Of a stretch of 64,000 nt of DNA, positions 27,532 to 36,134 are shown piece by piece. The stretch is from sequence record PZ452612.1; one strand, 5' to 3'. Below the pieces are notes generated by a model. The model saw only the letters and a list, made by a program, of their open reading frames with translations, was not told the origin of the DNA and did no database searches. The translations under genes were made by a program, and so were the position numbers. Origin of the DNA: a phage. Position 1 is the first letter of the stretch, and the number at the start of each line of letters is the position of its first letter.

Positions 27532-28533
27532 TTATTTCAGTAAAGTAACTTCCGAGATTTCTTCCCAACCATCTTTATCAGTTGAAATAAAATCTGCTAC
27601 ATAAAGAGCCGTACGTAATGATACATTGCGAAGACGAGATACGTTAGCCTTCATCCAGGACAATGCTTTATACGTTTCTGCATCCGTCAGACCACGTTTC
27701 TGCATCATGTCAGTAGATAATATTACATCTTCAACTCGAACCATAATCTCTTCATTAGAGTGTACTCCAAGGTCGAGATACACTGAACGAGATACTAAAG
27801 CTTGAAGGTGTGGAGCAAGTTTCGAACCCCGTTCTAACTCTTTATCGATATCAACGTTTGTAATGAAAACGATAGTACCTTCAAACTCAAATTCTTTATC
27901 AATACCCTTATCCTCGAGATAAGATGACGCAGTGCTCCAACAAACTTTGCGTTTATCTCCGGTATCTAATGCTGCTTTAAGAAGGTTCAGGATGTCCATA
28001 TCTGAGAATACGTCAACGTCATCGATTAAGAGAACGCTGTCTTCATCACGGTTGAGCCAAAGTTGTTCGTAAAGGCCAATACCAGAGATTTTACCATTAA
28101 TGCTTTTGTATTTGATGAAACCATTATCATTAGCATTATTAAGTGCTTTATCCAGAGAATACGTCTTACCAATACCAGCTGCACCTGAAATAATGAGTGA
28201 ACGAATTTTGCCATCGATAATGCCATTCGTCATCATGTTCATTACTTTAAAGCGTTTGTTGATACGGGTTTTCATATCTTCAGTGCTTTCAACAACTGCA
28301 ACTGGTGATGTCTCAACTCCTTCCATTACGATGTCTGATTTGAAGACCCATACTCCACGTTCAGAACCATCAATCATAACGAAAATTTTACCATCACCTA
28401 AGTGGGAACATTCAGGATTAAGCTTTGCCGGGAACCAGGTCTTTGTGGCAACATAAGAACCAGAGATTTCGTTATTACGATAGATACCTTTTTTGATTTG
28501 AACGTTGAACATTTTATTCTCCAATTTACTCAT
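27532..28533 (-). CDS. P-loop NTPase (AAA-like ATPase)
   Basis: Walker A ISGAAGIGKTYS and Walker B VLLIDDVD in the C-terminal two thirds of a 333 aa ORF. Confidence 0.55.
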   Translation of the reverse strand: MSKLENKMFNVQIKKGIYRNNEISGSYVATKTWFPAKLNPECSHLGDGKIFVMIDGSERGVWVFKSDIVMEGVETSPVAVVESTEDMKTRINKRFKVMNMMTNGIIDGKIRSLIISGAAGIGKTYSLDKALNNANDNGFIKYKSINGKISGIGLYEQLWLNRDEDSVLLIDDVDVFSDMDILNLLKAALDTGDKRKVCWSTASSYLEDKGIDKEFEFEGTIVFITNVDIDKELERGSKLAPHLQALVSRSVYLDLGVHSNEEIMVRVEDVILSTDMMQKRGLTDAETYKALSWMKANVSRLRNVSLRTALYVADFISTDKDGWEEISEVTLLK

Positions 28534-28611
28534 TTCGTTTCGATAGGTCTATAGTATCATATCCTAAAAGCATGTACACTACTTTTTAAAAATATTTTAA
28601 CCCCCTAAAGG

Positions 28612-28627
28612 GACCCGAAGGTCCCCA
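28612..28627 (-). other. Hairpin GGGACC-UUCG-GGUCCC immediately 3' of the stop of 28631..28897
   Basis: 6-bp GC-rich stem with UUCG tetraloop; followed by UUUAGGGGGUUAAAAUAUUUUU rather than a clean U-tract. Confidence 0.4.
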
Positions 28628-28630
28628 CAT

Positions 28631-28897
28631 TTACTTATCACACTTAGCAACATAATTAGGCATATCACAGAATACAGAGCGAGTAACTACTCGACCCTTT
28701 GACCATGCTTCAGTTGCTTGTCCGGCCGTGCTATTAATATAGCTTGATTTAATGTTCTCAATACCCTGAGAATGTGATGCATTTACCGAACCGTTAGAAG
28801 GCCCAGAAGACTGGTTACCACCAGCTCCTGCGCCCGTGGTAGCACCAACAGAGAATGCCATCATTACTGCGAATAAACCAATTACTAATTTTTTCAT
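28631..28897 (-). CDS. Small secreted protein (signal peptide, two Cys)
   Basis: MKKLVIGLFAVMMAFSVGATTGAGAGG... N-terminal signal-like segment; 88 aa. Confidence 0.45.
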   Translation of the reverse strand: MKKLVIGLFAVMMAFSVGATTGAGAGGNQSSGPSNGSVNASHSQGIENIKSSYINSTAGQATEAWSKGRVVTRSVFCDMPNYVAKCDK

Positions 28898-28928
28898 ATT
28901 TACCTCAAGTTAATGGTTATTTATCTAT

Positions 28929-29918
28929 TTATTTATAGTAAGAATTATGATTTTCGAGATAGACTTGCTCAAGGAAGTCATCCCAGAAACTCATATCTAC
29001 TTTTTGTTGCATACCGTTCTTAGCGGCTTGTTCTGACGCATGTTCAACTTGGTCAACGATATCTTCTAGGAATTCTTGCACAGTTTTAAACGTATGTTTA
29101 CCAAGCTTAACATCGAGAATAAATGGAGCATCCTGAAGTGGGTAAACCAGGTCGCCGGTTTTGTAAATTTCCAATAATTGAAGTCCACCACGACATGCAT
29201 GACTCAATGCTTTCCAGTCAATACCTTCGTTAGCTTCTGCCTTACGAGCACGTTCGCCATAGTTCTCTTCCAGTTTAACCAGGATGGCATTGAACTCTTT
29301 ATTGGTTAACGTATCTTGGAATTTACGGTCTAACAGATTATAGAATGTTTGCTTACCTGTTTTCTCGTTTTCGGTTTCAACCCATGAAGCAAATTCACCT
29401 ACAGGCAGAACATTCTTCATATGTGATAAACGAATTACTGCACCATTATCAAAGTATTGTCCCCATTCATTAGAACGTTTAAGGGCTTGACGAAGAACAG
29501 CCAGTCGAGAACCCTTGACACCGTATTTAGAAGCTTGCTTACGGACATACCCTAAATAAGATTTCATGTTAGTGGTATAGAAACGAGACCTGTTATCTTG
29601 AATATACTTCCATACATCAGGCAAATCAGATTTAACTACTAGACTTTGTGGAGTGTGAAGCATATCTAATGCGACGGTTTCACCATCTGCAGCTAGTTTA
29701 AAGAAATATTTGAGACTATATAACTCATGGTCCACGTCGTCTTTTGTGTTCTTAGAAGATGTGTTATTAGTGTTCTTGCTCATGTGTTCTTTAACGTTAC
29801 CGGTCAAGATATCACGAGCATGAGGGACATAAATTTCTTTAAAATCGACGTCAGATTCAGGAGTAGACGTTCCATAAAGGTGGCTACCAAAGTAGCCTTT
29901 CATAATTGTTTTCATCAT
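28929..29918 (-). CDS. Nucleotidyltransferase-fold protein (pol-beta superfamily)
   Basis: GSHLYGTSTPESDVDF near the N-terminus fits the minimal NTase signature G[SG]x9-13 DxD; 329 aa. Confidence 0.5.
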   Translation of the reverse strand: MMKTIMKGYFGSHLYGTSTPESDVDFKEIYVPHARDILTGNVKEHMSKNTNNTSSKNTKDDVDHELYSLKYFFKLAADGETVALDMLHTPQSLVVKSDLPDVWKYIQDNRSRFYTTNMKSYLGYVRKQASKYGVKGSRLAVLRQALKRSNEWGQYFDNGAVIRLSHMKNVLPVGEFASWVETENEKTGKQTFYNLLDRKFQDTLTNKEFNAILVKLEENYGERARKAEANEGIDWKALSHACRGGLQLLEIYKTGDLVYPLQDAPFILDVKLGKHTFKTVQEFLEDIVDQVEHASEQAAKNGMQQKVDMSFWDDFLEQVYLENHNSYYK

Positions 29919-30388
29919 TTAGCCTTATATTCAAGAGTAGGACAGACTTTTTCTTTACGAGCTTTAAGGTATTCGCCTATTAATGATTTCTTACGTTCAA
30001 TAGGCTCAAGTCCATTTTTAATTCGTTCTTGGTTTTGCGCAATGAGCTCAATTTCTTTATAATATTTTCTGTCGTTATATTTGTCTAACAACCAAGACGG
30101 ACCAATTACCAACCCGGTAGCAATAAAAGCCATGACTGCTACAATTAAAATGCCTACACCAATTGAGGCTGGAACTAATGTCCATAGACTGCTAAAAACA
30201 AAGAATTTAGTTAAAATTTCCTGGCCAATGATTGTGACTGCTGCTAAAATCGCAAATCCAATAATTGAAACAGCCAATACCGGGATTAACGTTTTCCAAA
30301 AATAAGCACACAACGTTTTCGGACGATTCCATGTACTATTGAACGCGGCATAAATTTTAAAGTGCCAAGAGTTTTCATTGATAATCAT
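29915..30388 (-). CDS. Integral membrane protein
   Basis: 157 aa with at least three hydrophobic helices. Confidence 0.45.
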   Translation of the reverse strand: MIINENSWHFKIYAAFNSTWNRPKTLCAYFWKTLIPVLAVSIIGFAILAAVTIIGQEILTKFFVFSSLWTLVPASIGVGILIVAVMAFIATGLVIGPSWLLDKYNDRKYYKEIELIAQNQERIKNGLEPIERKKSLIGEYLKARKEKVCPTLEYKAK

Positions 30389-30397
30389 AATAATTCC

Positions 30398-30928
30398 TTA
30401 TTTCAAAGTTGGGATAATAGAATCGAGATAAGCTTTAAGAGCAACTGCTTCATCTTTGTCTAATGTAACGATATGTTGACGAAGGTCATCAATTTGACGA
30501 ATAACTACAACATCGCCATCTTCATAAGAAGGATTAACGCCTAGGACCGTTGTATAGTCAGGGCGGTCCTGATTTGTAATAAAAGCATTACGGCATTTAG
30601 CCCATTGAAGTTTGGCCTTTTTGGCTATTTCAGATTCCATTAATTCTTTCACCTTAGTGACGAATGTTTTCCAATTATTGATAGAAAGGCATTCATCTTC
30701 TGTTTCGATATTAACCCCACTATAAAGACCGTGATAAAAACGAACTTGAAGGTCTTCATCGATGTTAATTACAGATGCATGGCCTGGCGGATTGAGTTTC
30801 AAAATCTTGTCCAGTTCCATAGGAAGAATAGTAACAGAATCATCTTCTTGTGTCAGAACGTAAGCATAACCACGTTTTTCGATACATAAATCACCAAACA
30901 ACTCGGTTGTTTCAATTACAATTTTCAT
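30398..30928 (-). CDS. Hypothetical protein
   Basis: Track ORF trimmed to the ATG at 30928 (MKIVIETTELFG...); the track start appears to be a non-ATG codon. Confidence 0.45.
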   Translation of the reverse strand: MKIVIETTELFGDLCIEKRGYAYVLTQEDDSVTILPMELDKILKLNPPGHASVINIDEDLQVRFYHGLYSGVNIETEDECLSINNWKTFVTKVKELMESEIAKKAKLQWAKCRNAFITNQDRPDYTTVLGVNPSYEDGDVVVIRQIDDLRQHIVTLDKDEAVALKAYLDSIIPTLK

Positions 30929-30929
30929 A

Positions 30930-31109
30930 TTATTCACCAATTAAAGTTTCAACAAAATTCACCAAAGCATTCTGGCACGCATCAACCTGATTTTCATAAA
31001 AGTCTCCGTTATCATTTACCGCGTGATAAGCTACATCATTCAAATCTGAATCGGCTTCACGTAGGTCACGGATAAGGTCCATCAATTTATTAGCTTGTTC
31101 ACGGGTCAT
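30930..31109 (-). CDS. Small acidic protein (59 aa)
   Basis: Manual translation MTREQANKLMDLIRDLREADSDLNDVAYHAVNDNGDFYENQVDACQNALVNFVETLIGE; ATGA overlap with the upstream small ORF. Confidence 0.3.
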   Translation of the reverse strand: MTREQANKLMDLIRDLREADSDLNDVAYHAVNDNGDFYENQVDACQNALVNFVETLIGE

Positions 31110-31216
31110 TTTACCATACTCGTTTCAATAAGATTCACTATGCCGTTTACCATGTTATAAGTAAACATCGGATAATTGTATTGTACTACAACATAAGCGA
31201 TAAGCAAAAGTTTCAT
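31106..31216 (-). CDS. Small hydrophobic peptide (36 aa)
   Basis: MKLLLIAYVVVQYNYPMFTYNMVNGIVNLIETSMVK with GGAG Shine-Dalgarno 8 nt upstream; downstream of the early promoter at 31245..31274. Confidence 0.25.
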   Translation of the reverse strand: MKLLLIAYVVVQYNYPMFTYNMVNGIVNLIETSMVK

Positions 31217-31244
31217 TTTGTTCTCCGTTTGTTTTGGTAGGACT

Positions 31245-31274
31245 ACTATAACATAGTCCTACCAAGATGTAAAC
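31245..31274 (-). promoter_or_regulatory. Early-type promoter (GTTTAC -35, 18-bp spacer, TATAGT -10) embedded in a perfect 10-bp-arm palindrome GGTAGGACTA-N8-TAGTCCTACC
   Basis: Minus strand reads GTTTACATCTTGGTAGGACTATGTTATAGTAGTCCTACC; the palindrome spans plus 31237..31264. Confidence 0.5.
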
Positions 31275-31507
31275 TACCGATTGTGTTTTAAATGTTGATA
31301 AAGTTCTTCAACTTGTTTTGGGTCTAAAACAATTAGGTCATTTTCTTGGCGAAGATAAATCCATCCCTTATCCCCAGGACCATTTTTACAAAACATTGCC
31401 ACCATATCATCATCTTCAGCGCTTTCAGGTAAAAGTTCAAGCACACCGTCTTCAGATTTTCTAGTATAATCGTAAAGCATAATATCCTCACATAATCTCG
31501 TTAACAT
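31274..31507 (-). CDS. Hypothetical protein
   Basis: 77 aa ORF. Confidence 0.4.
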   Translation of the reverse strand: MLTRLCEDIMLYDYTRKSEDGVLELLPESAEDDDMVAMFCKNGPGDKGWIYLRQENDLIVLDPKQVEELYQHLKHNR

Positions 31508-31694
31508 ACATTTGCAATTCAGTGTGGGCGTCGGCCATCTTTTTCATAGCTCTGTTAATGTCGATGTCTCCATCTTCGCACCCATGAGCATTTTCCCAAT
31601 CAGATACCGCATTAGCATACTCTTCAATCAAAAACATCAACTTAGAAATCTTTTCTTTACGTGTCATAGCGTTCTCCTATAGTAAGTAAGGACT

Positions 31695-31723
31695 ACTATA
31701 ACACAACCTGAGGAGAAGTAAAC
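31695..31723 (-). promoter_or_regulatory. Early-type promoter (GTTTAC -35, 17-bp spacer, TATAGT -10)
   Basis: Minus strand reads GTTTACTTCTCCTCAGGTTGTGTTATAGTAGTCC upstream of 31274..31507. Confidence 0.45.
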
Positions 31724-31768
31724 TGATAGATGCCAAAAAGCCCCAACCATAAGGAAGGGGCTAGTAAA

Positions 31769-32071
31769 TTAGATAGATGTAGGCTCTAATTTTATTTTCA
31801 TGAACTCGGCAAATTGTCTGGCAGTTTTTATGCCTTGTTCATGACATTCAAATGCATCATCACAGGGACTATTTTTGTAATGCTTTGCCATATACTTATA
31901 GAATTTTTCAGAATTCTCGACATTTTGAATTTCAAACAAAGTATATACGTTTTTAATCCCTGATTCCATAAAGTTATCAAAATATGGGTCGATATATGCA
32001 GTACCAACGATAGGAGTTGTTGCTGCAAAAAACCCCAGCATCGCCATGACAGCTATCGCTCTTAAGGCCAT
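31769..32071 (-). CDS. rI: Lysis inhibition regulator rI (periplasmic antiholin-type)
   Basis: MALRAIAVMAMLGFFAA...DPYFDNFMESGIKNVYTLFE...YKNSPCDDAFEC... resembles T4 rI as recalled; 100 aa with signal anchor. Confidence 0.7.
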   Translation of the reverse strand: MALRAIAVMAMLGFFAATTPIVGTAYIDPYFDNFMESGIKNVYTLFEIQNVENSEKFYKYMAKHYKNSPCDDAFECHEQGIKTARQFAEFMKIKLEPTSI

Positions 32072-32083
32072 ATAGGCCTCCTG

Positions 32084-32296
32084 TTAATTTTGGCCAGTAT
32101 TTATTTTTCGCCTTTGGACGGCCTTAACATCTGTGAGGTATTTTTCCAGCTTGCGCTTGCGTGTATAATCAGCTTTAGAACCAGTTTGACGGATATCCTC
32201 GTTTAAATGAGAAATAGAATGTCCTAATTCTCTTCGGATTTCATCCAATTGGGTTACAGTAAGATTACGAAGTTGTCTTTCGTTTAATTGCTGCAT
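32084..32296 (-). CDS. Hypothetical protein
   Basis: 70 aa ORF. Confidence 0.4.
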   Translation of the reverse strand: MQQLNERQLRNLTVTQLDEIRRELGHSISHLNEDIRQTGSKADYTRKRKLEKYLTDVKAVQRRKINTGQN

Positions 32297-32323
32297 ATAT
32301 ACCTCTTGGTTAGATATTAGTAT

Positions 32324-32905
32324 TTATAACAACCCTGTCAAATCATTCCAATGCTTCCGGCATAATGACACGTATCTATCGGTATCACCAATTTCAATTT
32401 GACTGCCATCTGTAATTGGAAGTCCGTCTTCCGTGACTCTAGCTACCATTGTGGCCTTTTTACCGCAATGACAGACACCTTTAAGTTCAACAAGCTTATC
32501 GGCAATAGCCATTAATGCTTGAGAACCTTCAAATAGATTACCTTTAAAATCTGTTCGTAGTCCATATGCCATTACTGGCACATTGTATACGTCAACAATA
32601 CGACTAAGTTGATACACCTTTTCAGTAGTTAAGAACTGAGCTTCGTCAACAAATACACAGTGAATATCCTTTTGTGCTGCAGCCCATTTATAGAATTCAA
32701 AGATATCCATGTCTTTTGTAATTATATTGGCATCCTGACGAATACCAATACGAGAGACTATTTCACCTTTTGAATCACGAGTATCAATAGCCGGTTTAAG
32801 AACTAATACACCCATGCCACGTTCTTTATAGTTATGTGCGGCAGTAAGTAATGAAGAAGACTTACCAGCGTTCATAGCGGCATATGTAAAAATTAAACTA
32901 GCCAT
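32324..32905 (-). CDS. tk: Thymidine kinase
   Basis: MASLIFTYAAMNAGKSSSLL (P-loop) and a C-terminal CHCG...C zinc motif; 193 aa. Confidence 0.9.
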   Translation of the reverse strand: MASLIFTYAAMNAGKSSSLLTAAHNYKERGMGVLVLKPAIDTRDSKGEIVSRIGIRQDANIITKDMDIFEFYKWAAAQKDIHCVFVDEAQFLTTEKVYQLSRIVDVYNVPVMAYGLRTDFKGNLFEGSQALMAIADKLVELKGVCHCGKKATMVARVTEDGLPITDGSQIEIGDTDRYVSLCRKHWNDLTGLL

Positions 32906-32914
32906 AAGAGTCCC

Positions 32915-33097
32915 TTATAGTGAATTCACGTAGTCAATGAGTTCTTGTTCTTTCCTGTCAAATGATTCCAACAATGCTTGATATTCTTCATCTGTTAAAG
33001 GAGCATATTCATCGTACGCATTGGTGGCTGCTTGCTCATCCAATAGGTCATGGATAAGTTCGAATAGTTTAGCTTTCTCTTCTTTAGTTAATTTCAT
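32915..33097 (-). CDS. Hypothetical small acidic protein
   Basis: 60 aa ORF. Confidence 0.35.
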   Translation of the reverse strand: MKLTKEEKAKLFELIHDLLDEQAATNAYDEYAPLTDEEYQALLESFDRKEQELIDYVNSL

Positions 33098-33321
33098 TTA
33101 GGTTCACCTTCTTTAACGAAATCTGGGTAAGGGTAAAATCCTGAGTAAAACCCTTCACCTTTATGATTGCTACAACCTTTGTTCGAACAGTAACACCAAT
33201 AATCAAAATCACAAGCCATTTCGTCATTGCATAAAGCAAAAACTACAGGCCATTCGCATTTTTCGCATTTAGCACCTGTAAGAATTTTTGTTTGACTCAT
33301 AACCATGTCACCTTTAAGCAA
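33094..33321 (-). CDS. Small Cys-rich protein
   Basis: 75 aa with CEKCEW...C...C...CYC...C pattern, suggesting metal binding. Confidence 0.4.
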   Translation of the reverse strand: MLKGDMVMSQTKILTGAKCEKCEWPVVFALCNDEMACDFDYWCYCSNKGCSNHKGEGFYSGFYPYPDFVKEGEPK

Positions 33322-33524
33322 TATTCTTCTACATGTTGTTTACGGCCTTTCTTATCAATAAAGGTATATTCAACGAATGTTCCGATGTAGTCTTTATCTA
33401 CATCATGTGGACTATTAATTGGACATTTGGTACGACAAATGCGTTCCCATTGACGAATAATTACTGCCTTATTCTTTGGGTCATATGGATGTGGATAATG
33501 TATATTCATAATAACGGTTCCCAA
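33297..33524 (-). CDS. Hypothetical small protein
   Basis: 75 aa ORF. Confidence 0.35.
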   Translation of the reverse strand: MGTVIMNIHYPHPYDPKNKAVIIRQWERICRTKCPINSPHDVDKDYIGTFVEYTFIDKKGRKQHVEEYCLKVTWL

Positions 33525-34003
33525 TCAACAATCACAATTTCTAGTTTAGTGGAATACGTATCTAAAATCTCTTCGATGACATCCCAGTTTCCGCCACCGA
33601 TACCTGCACCAATTCTTGGCATATAAATTACAGGCTTTGTTATCTTATTCTTTCCGAATTCATTTAATTCTATTATACAATTCATTAAAGCAGAGTACTC
33701 AAAATTAGGTCCCGGCTCAAACTGCGTATAAAGATTAAAGCAATAAGCTTTATGGGTCTTAAAATATTTTTCATAAACCGAATAAGTCCCGAGTTTAGAC
33801 TCGTCTCCGAATTCGGTTTGAAGTTTATCGGCTTCCAGAATTTTTGGATAAGCCTTTGCTAATTGTCCTGCCACACCGGCGCCCATTGTATGAAAACAAT
33901 TACACCCATGAGCAATATTATTACCTTTAGAAAACAGGGCGACAATATCGCCCTTGATATAGTTTTTAATCACTTGCTGCAAGTCCTCTAGTATAAGAGT
34001 CAA
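33506..34003 (-). CDS. Macro-domain protein (ADP-ribose binding/processing fold)
   Basis: NIAHGCNCFHTMGAGVAGQLAKAYP and MPRIGAGIGGGNW resemble the two glycine-rich loops of macro domains; 165 aa. Confidence 0.55.
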   Translation of the reverse strand: MTLILEDLQQVIKNYIKGDIVALFSKGNNIAHGCNCFHTMGAGVAGQLAKAYPKILEADKLQTEFGDESKLGTYSVYEKYFKTHKAYCFNLYTQFEPGPNFEYSALMNCIIELNEFGKNKITKPVIYMPRIGAGIGGGNWDVIEEILDTYSTKLEIVIVDWEPLL

Positions 34004-34313
34004 CTAGACGGTCCACCATAGAATTGCATGCTGCCTTATCTTTAGGTTCCGCCACCGAGCATTCTAATATTTGCCATTTTTTATAGTATCTTTTAATTAA
34101 GGTAGACGCCTTGAACCTACTAGACGCCCCATCTTTTTCTCCGTCTTTATACGCGTATAACAATTTTTGTGAAAAATCTACTTTACACTCTTGACTTTTA
34201 CCACAATAATCAGACGCCGTTCTGTTTGTATACTCCGTTACATCAGTATATGTAGTATTAGCAAGAGCGTTAAATGAAACCAAGCTAACTATTAAAGCCA
34301 ACATTTTGGTCAT
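33966..34313 (-). CDS. Secreted protein (signal peptide, four Cys)
   Basis: MTKMLALIVSLVSFNALA signal-like N-terminus; 115 aa. Confidence 0.45.
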   Translation of the reverse strand: MTKMLALIVSLVSFNALANTTYTDVTEYTNRTASDYCGKSQECKVDFSQKLLYAYKDGEKDGASSRFKASTLIKRYYKKWQILECSVAEPKDKAACNSMVDRLVDSYTRGLAASD

Positions 34314-34852
34314 TCTTTTATTTCCAGTAGTTTATTTGATTTAAGGTAATTAGCCTTTTCTAGGACTTCAGAAGCATATTTACTTCCAGCACTTGTCTTC
34401 CATCCCGCATTATATGAGGATATGGCTTTTCTTATATCCCCGTTATGTATATTTAACCAATAAGAAAATTCGATATAAGCCCATCTGGCTGAATTAGACC
34501 GCTTAGATAGCATTTTCTTAATTTGGGCATCAGTCATATTATAACCAAGCTGGTTAATTCTTGCCCTCATTGTTGGTAGATAGTTTTGGAACATTCCATA
34601 CGCATGGTGACCTTTCTTATCTTTAAGATTAATACCGGCAGATGATTCTTGCCATAGTATTGCGGCCATTATGTATCCAAGTCCTTTCTTATGCATATTT
34701 TCATGCGTTTTAAATTTTCCATCCTTAGAAAACTGTTCCCCAAACTGATAAGCATAATTCAAGTTATCGAGTTGGACATTACTAAAAGTATGCTCGGAGC
34801 TATGTGCTGATAACGAAAGAGCAAATAGACCAGCGAGTAGTGCTTTTCTCAT
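34310..34852 (-). CDS. Secreted lytic transglycosylase-like protein (SLT domain)
   Basis: Signal peptide MRKALLAGLFALSLSAHS, then ILWQESSAG...YGMFQ, which resembles the SLT catalytic Glu-Ser and GLMQ motifs; 180 aa. Confidence 0.55.
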   Translation of the reverse strand: MRKALLAGLFALSLSAHSSEHTFSNVQLDNLNYAYQFGEQFSKDGKFKTHENMHKKGLGYIMAAILWQESSAGINLKDKKGHHAYGMFQNYLPTMRARINQLGYNMTDAQIKKMLSKRSNSARWAYIEFSYWLNIHNGDIRKAISSYNAGWKTSAGSKYASEVLEKANYLKSNKLLEIKE

Positions 34853-34860
34853 GTTTACCT

Positions 34861-35319
34861 CTAGATTTTAATCACTGCTTTAGAAGCTTTTCCTGGTAGT
34901 CGTTTACTGTTAATAATAGCCATTCTGCATTGAAGAGTCTTCATTTTGAATGCTGGATTTTCGCGACAAACTGTAAGTCCTAACCAAAGATTTCCATCAG
35001 TTATTTCTAAACGGCCTGGGCGATATTCGACACCTTCGACAAAATCTTCATCAACATCTGGACGGGCTGGCATTGATAAAAATTCTGCAACTTCTTTAAC
35101 ATGATTTTTTACTTTATGAAATAATTCAAAAACGTAATTCTCATCTATTTCTCTCTGGATGGCACGATCTAAGAGATGTTGAGAATACTTGATATGAAAG
35201 CCTGGTAGTCCAAGAGACTTTGCAGCATCTTTTATACTGGCATTTATTTTGCGGAACTCCGTTTCAAAGATTCGACGGAGTTTATTGCGGCGGATAAAAA
35301 CGTCTGAATTGATAGTCAT
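34861..35319 (-). CDS. regB: Endoribonuclease RegB
   Basis: MTINSDVFIRRNKLRR...YSQHLLDRAIQREIDENYVFELFHK...QCRMAIINSKRLPGKASKAVIKI matches T4 RegB as recalled; 152 aa. Confidence 0.85.
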   Translation of the reverse strand: MTINSDVFIRRNKLRRIFETEFRKINASIKDAAKSLGLPGFHIKYSQHLLDRAIQREIDENYVFELFHKVKNHVKEVAEFLSMPARPDVDEDFVEGVEYRPGRLEITDGNLWLGLTVCRENPAFKMKTLQCRMAIINSKRLPGKASKAVIKI

Positions 35320-35346
35320 TTTGATTTCTCCTCTAGTTGACAGGTC

Positions 35347-35376
35347 TATAGTAACACAACTAGAGGAGAAGTAAAC
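35347..35376 (-). promoter_or_regulatory. Early-type promoter (GTTTAC -35, TACTAT-like -10) upstream of regB
   Basis: Minus strand reads GTTTACTTCTCCTCTAGTTGTGTTACTATAGACC. Confidence 0.4.
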
Positions 35377-35717
35377 TACTCTTTGAAAGGAATTAACTTT
35401 TTAACTGCTTTAGATACTTCGTCACGAACCTGGTGGAAGTTCTTGAGCTGTTCAAGGCGTTGTTCGTAATACGCAATCTCATCTTCTTCAAGACAATCGT
35501 CAGCGTCTTCTTTCAGATATGCCTTGTACTCATTAAAGAGGGCCCATAGGCGGTTCTCAAAGTCATCAAGGCTTTGAATTTTCTTGTGCTTCGGAACAAG
35601 GCCAAAAGGATTGCTTTCAGTTATGCGTCGAGATGCTTCATAATGAGTTCCAAAGCCTGATAGGATTTGAGCCATTAGTATTTTTCCTCTGGTTGAAATA
35701 CCGCACGACAAGCCCAC
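35376..35717 (-). CDS. Hypothetical protein
   Basis: 113 aa ORF. Confidence 0.4.
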   Translation of the reverse strand: MGLSCGISTRGKILMAQILSGFGTHYEASRRITESNPFGLVPKHKKIQSLDDFENRLWALFNEYKAYLKEDADDCLEEDEIAYYEQRLEQLKNFHQVRDEVSKAVKKLIPFKE

Positions 35718-35920
35718 ATACTAGCTTCCTTTAGGCGTTCTTTAGCACAGTTCAATTGGGACAAAGCTGTCAAAGCTTCAGGAGTATTCGCAGACAACGC
35801 TTCTTCCGCCAAGGCATCGAAAATAAGCCCTAATCGAACTTCTGCATCTTTAATAGCGTTCACTTTACCGATTTTATCATCGGTATGCGGCTTGTAGCCT
35901 TTGATGTCTTCAATCGACAT
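35675..35920 (-). CDS. Hypothetical protein
   Basis: Track ORF 35675..36088 trimmed to the internal Met [18 protein letters not shown]... Confidence 0.35.
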   Translation of the reverse strand: MSIEDIKGYKPHTDDKIGKVNAIKDAEVRLGLIFDALAEEALSANTPEALTALSQLNCAKERLKEASMWACRAVFQPEEKY

Positions 35921-36134
35921 AAGGAATTTCCTCATCGGTGGCAAGGTCATATTCGACCAATTGGATAGGCTCATTAATACCATATCCACGTACAGTGATA
36001 TCGGTTGTCGGATATTTTCCAGTAATATCACCCATTCTAAATGCTTCAGTGAATGATTGCTCGCCTGAGCAACTAAACCAGGCGGCAAAACATTTTAAAA
36101 CATCTTCAGACCCTTCTATAATCAATTTAGCCAT
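35910..36134 (-). CDS. Hypothetical acidic protein
   Basis: 74 aa ORF. Confidence 0.4.
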   Translation of the reverse strand: MAKLIIEGSEDVLKCFAAWFSCSGEQSFTEAFRMGDITGKYPTTDITVRGYGINEPIQLVEYDLATDEEIPYVD

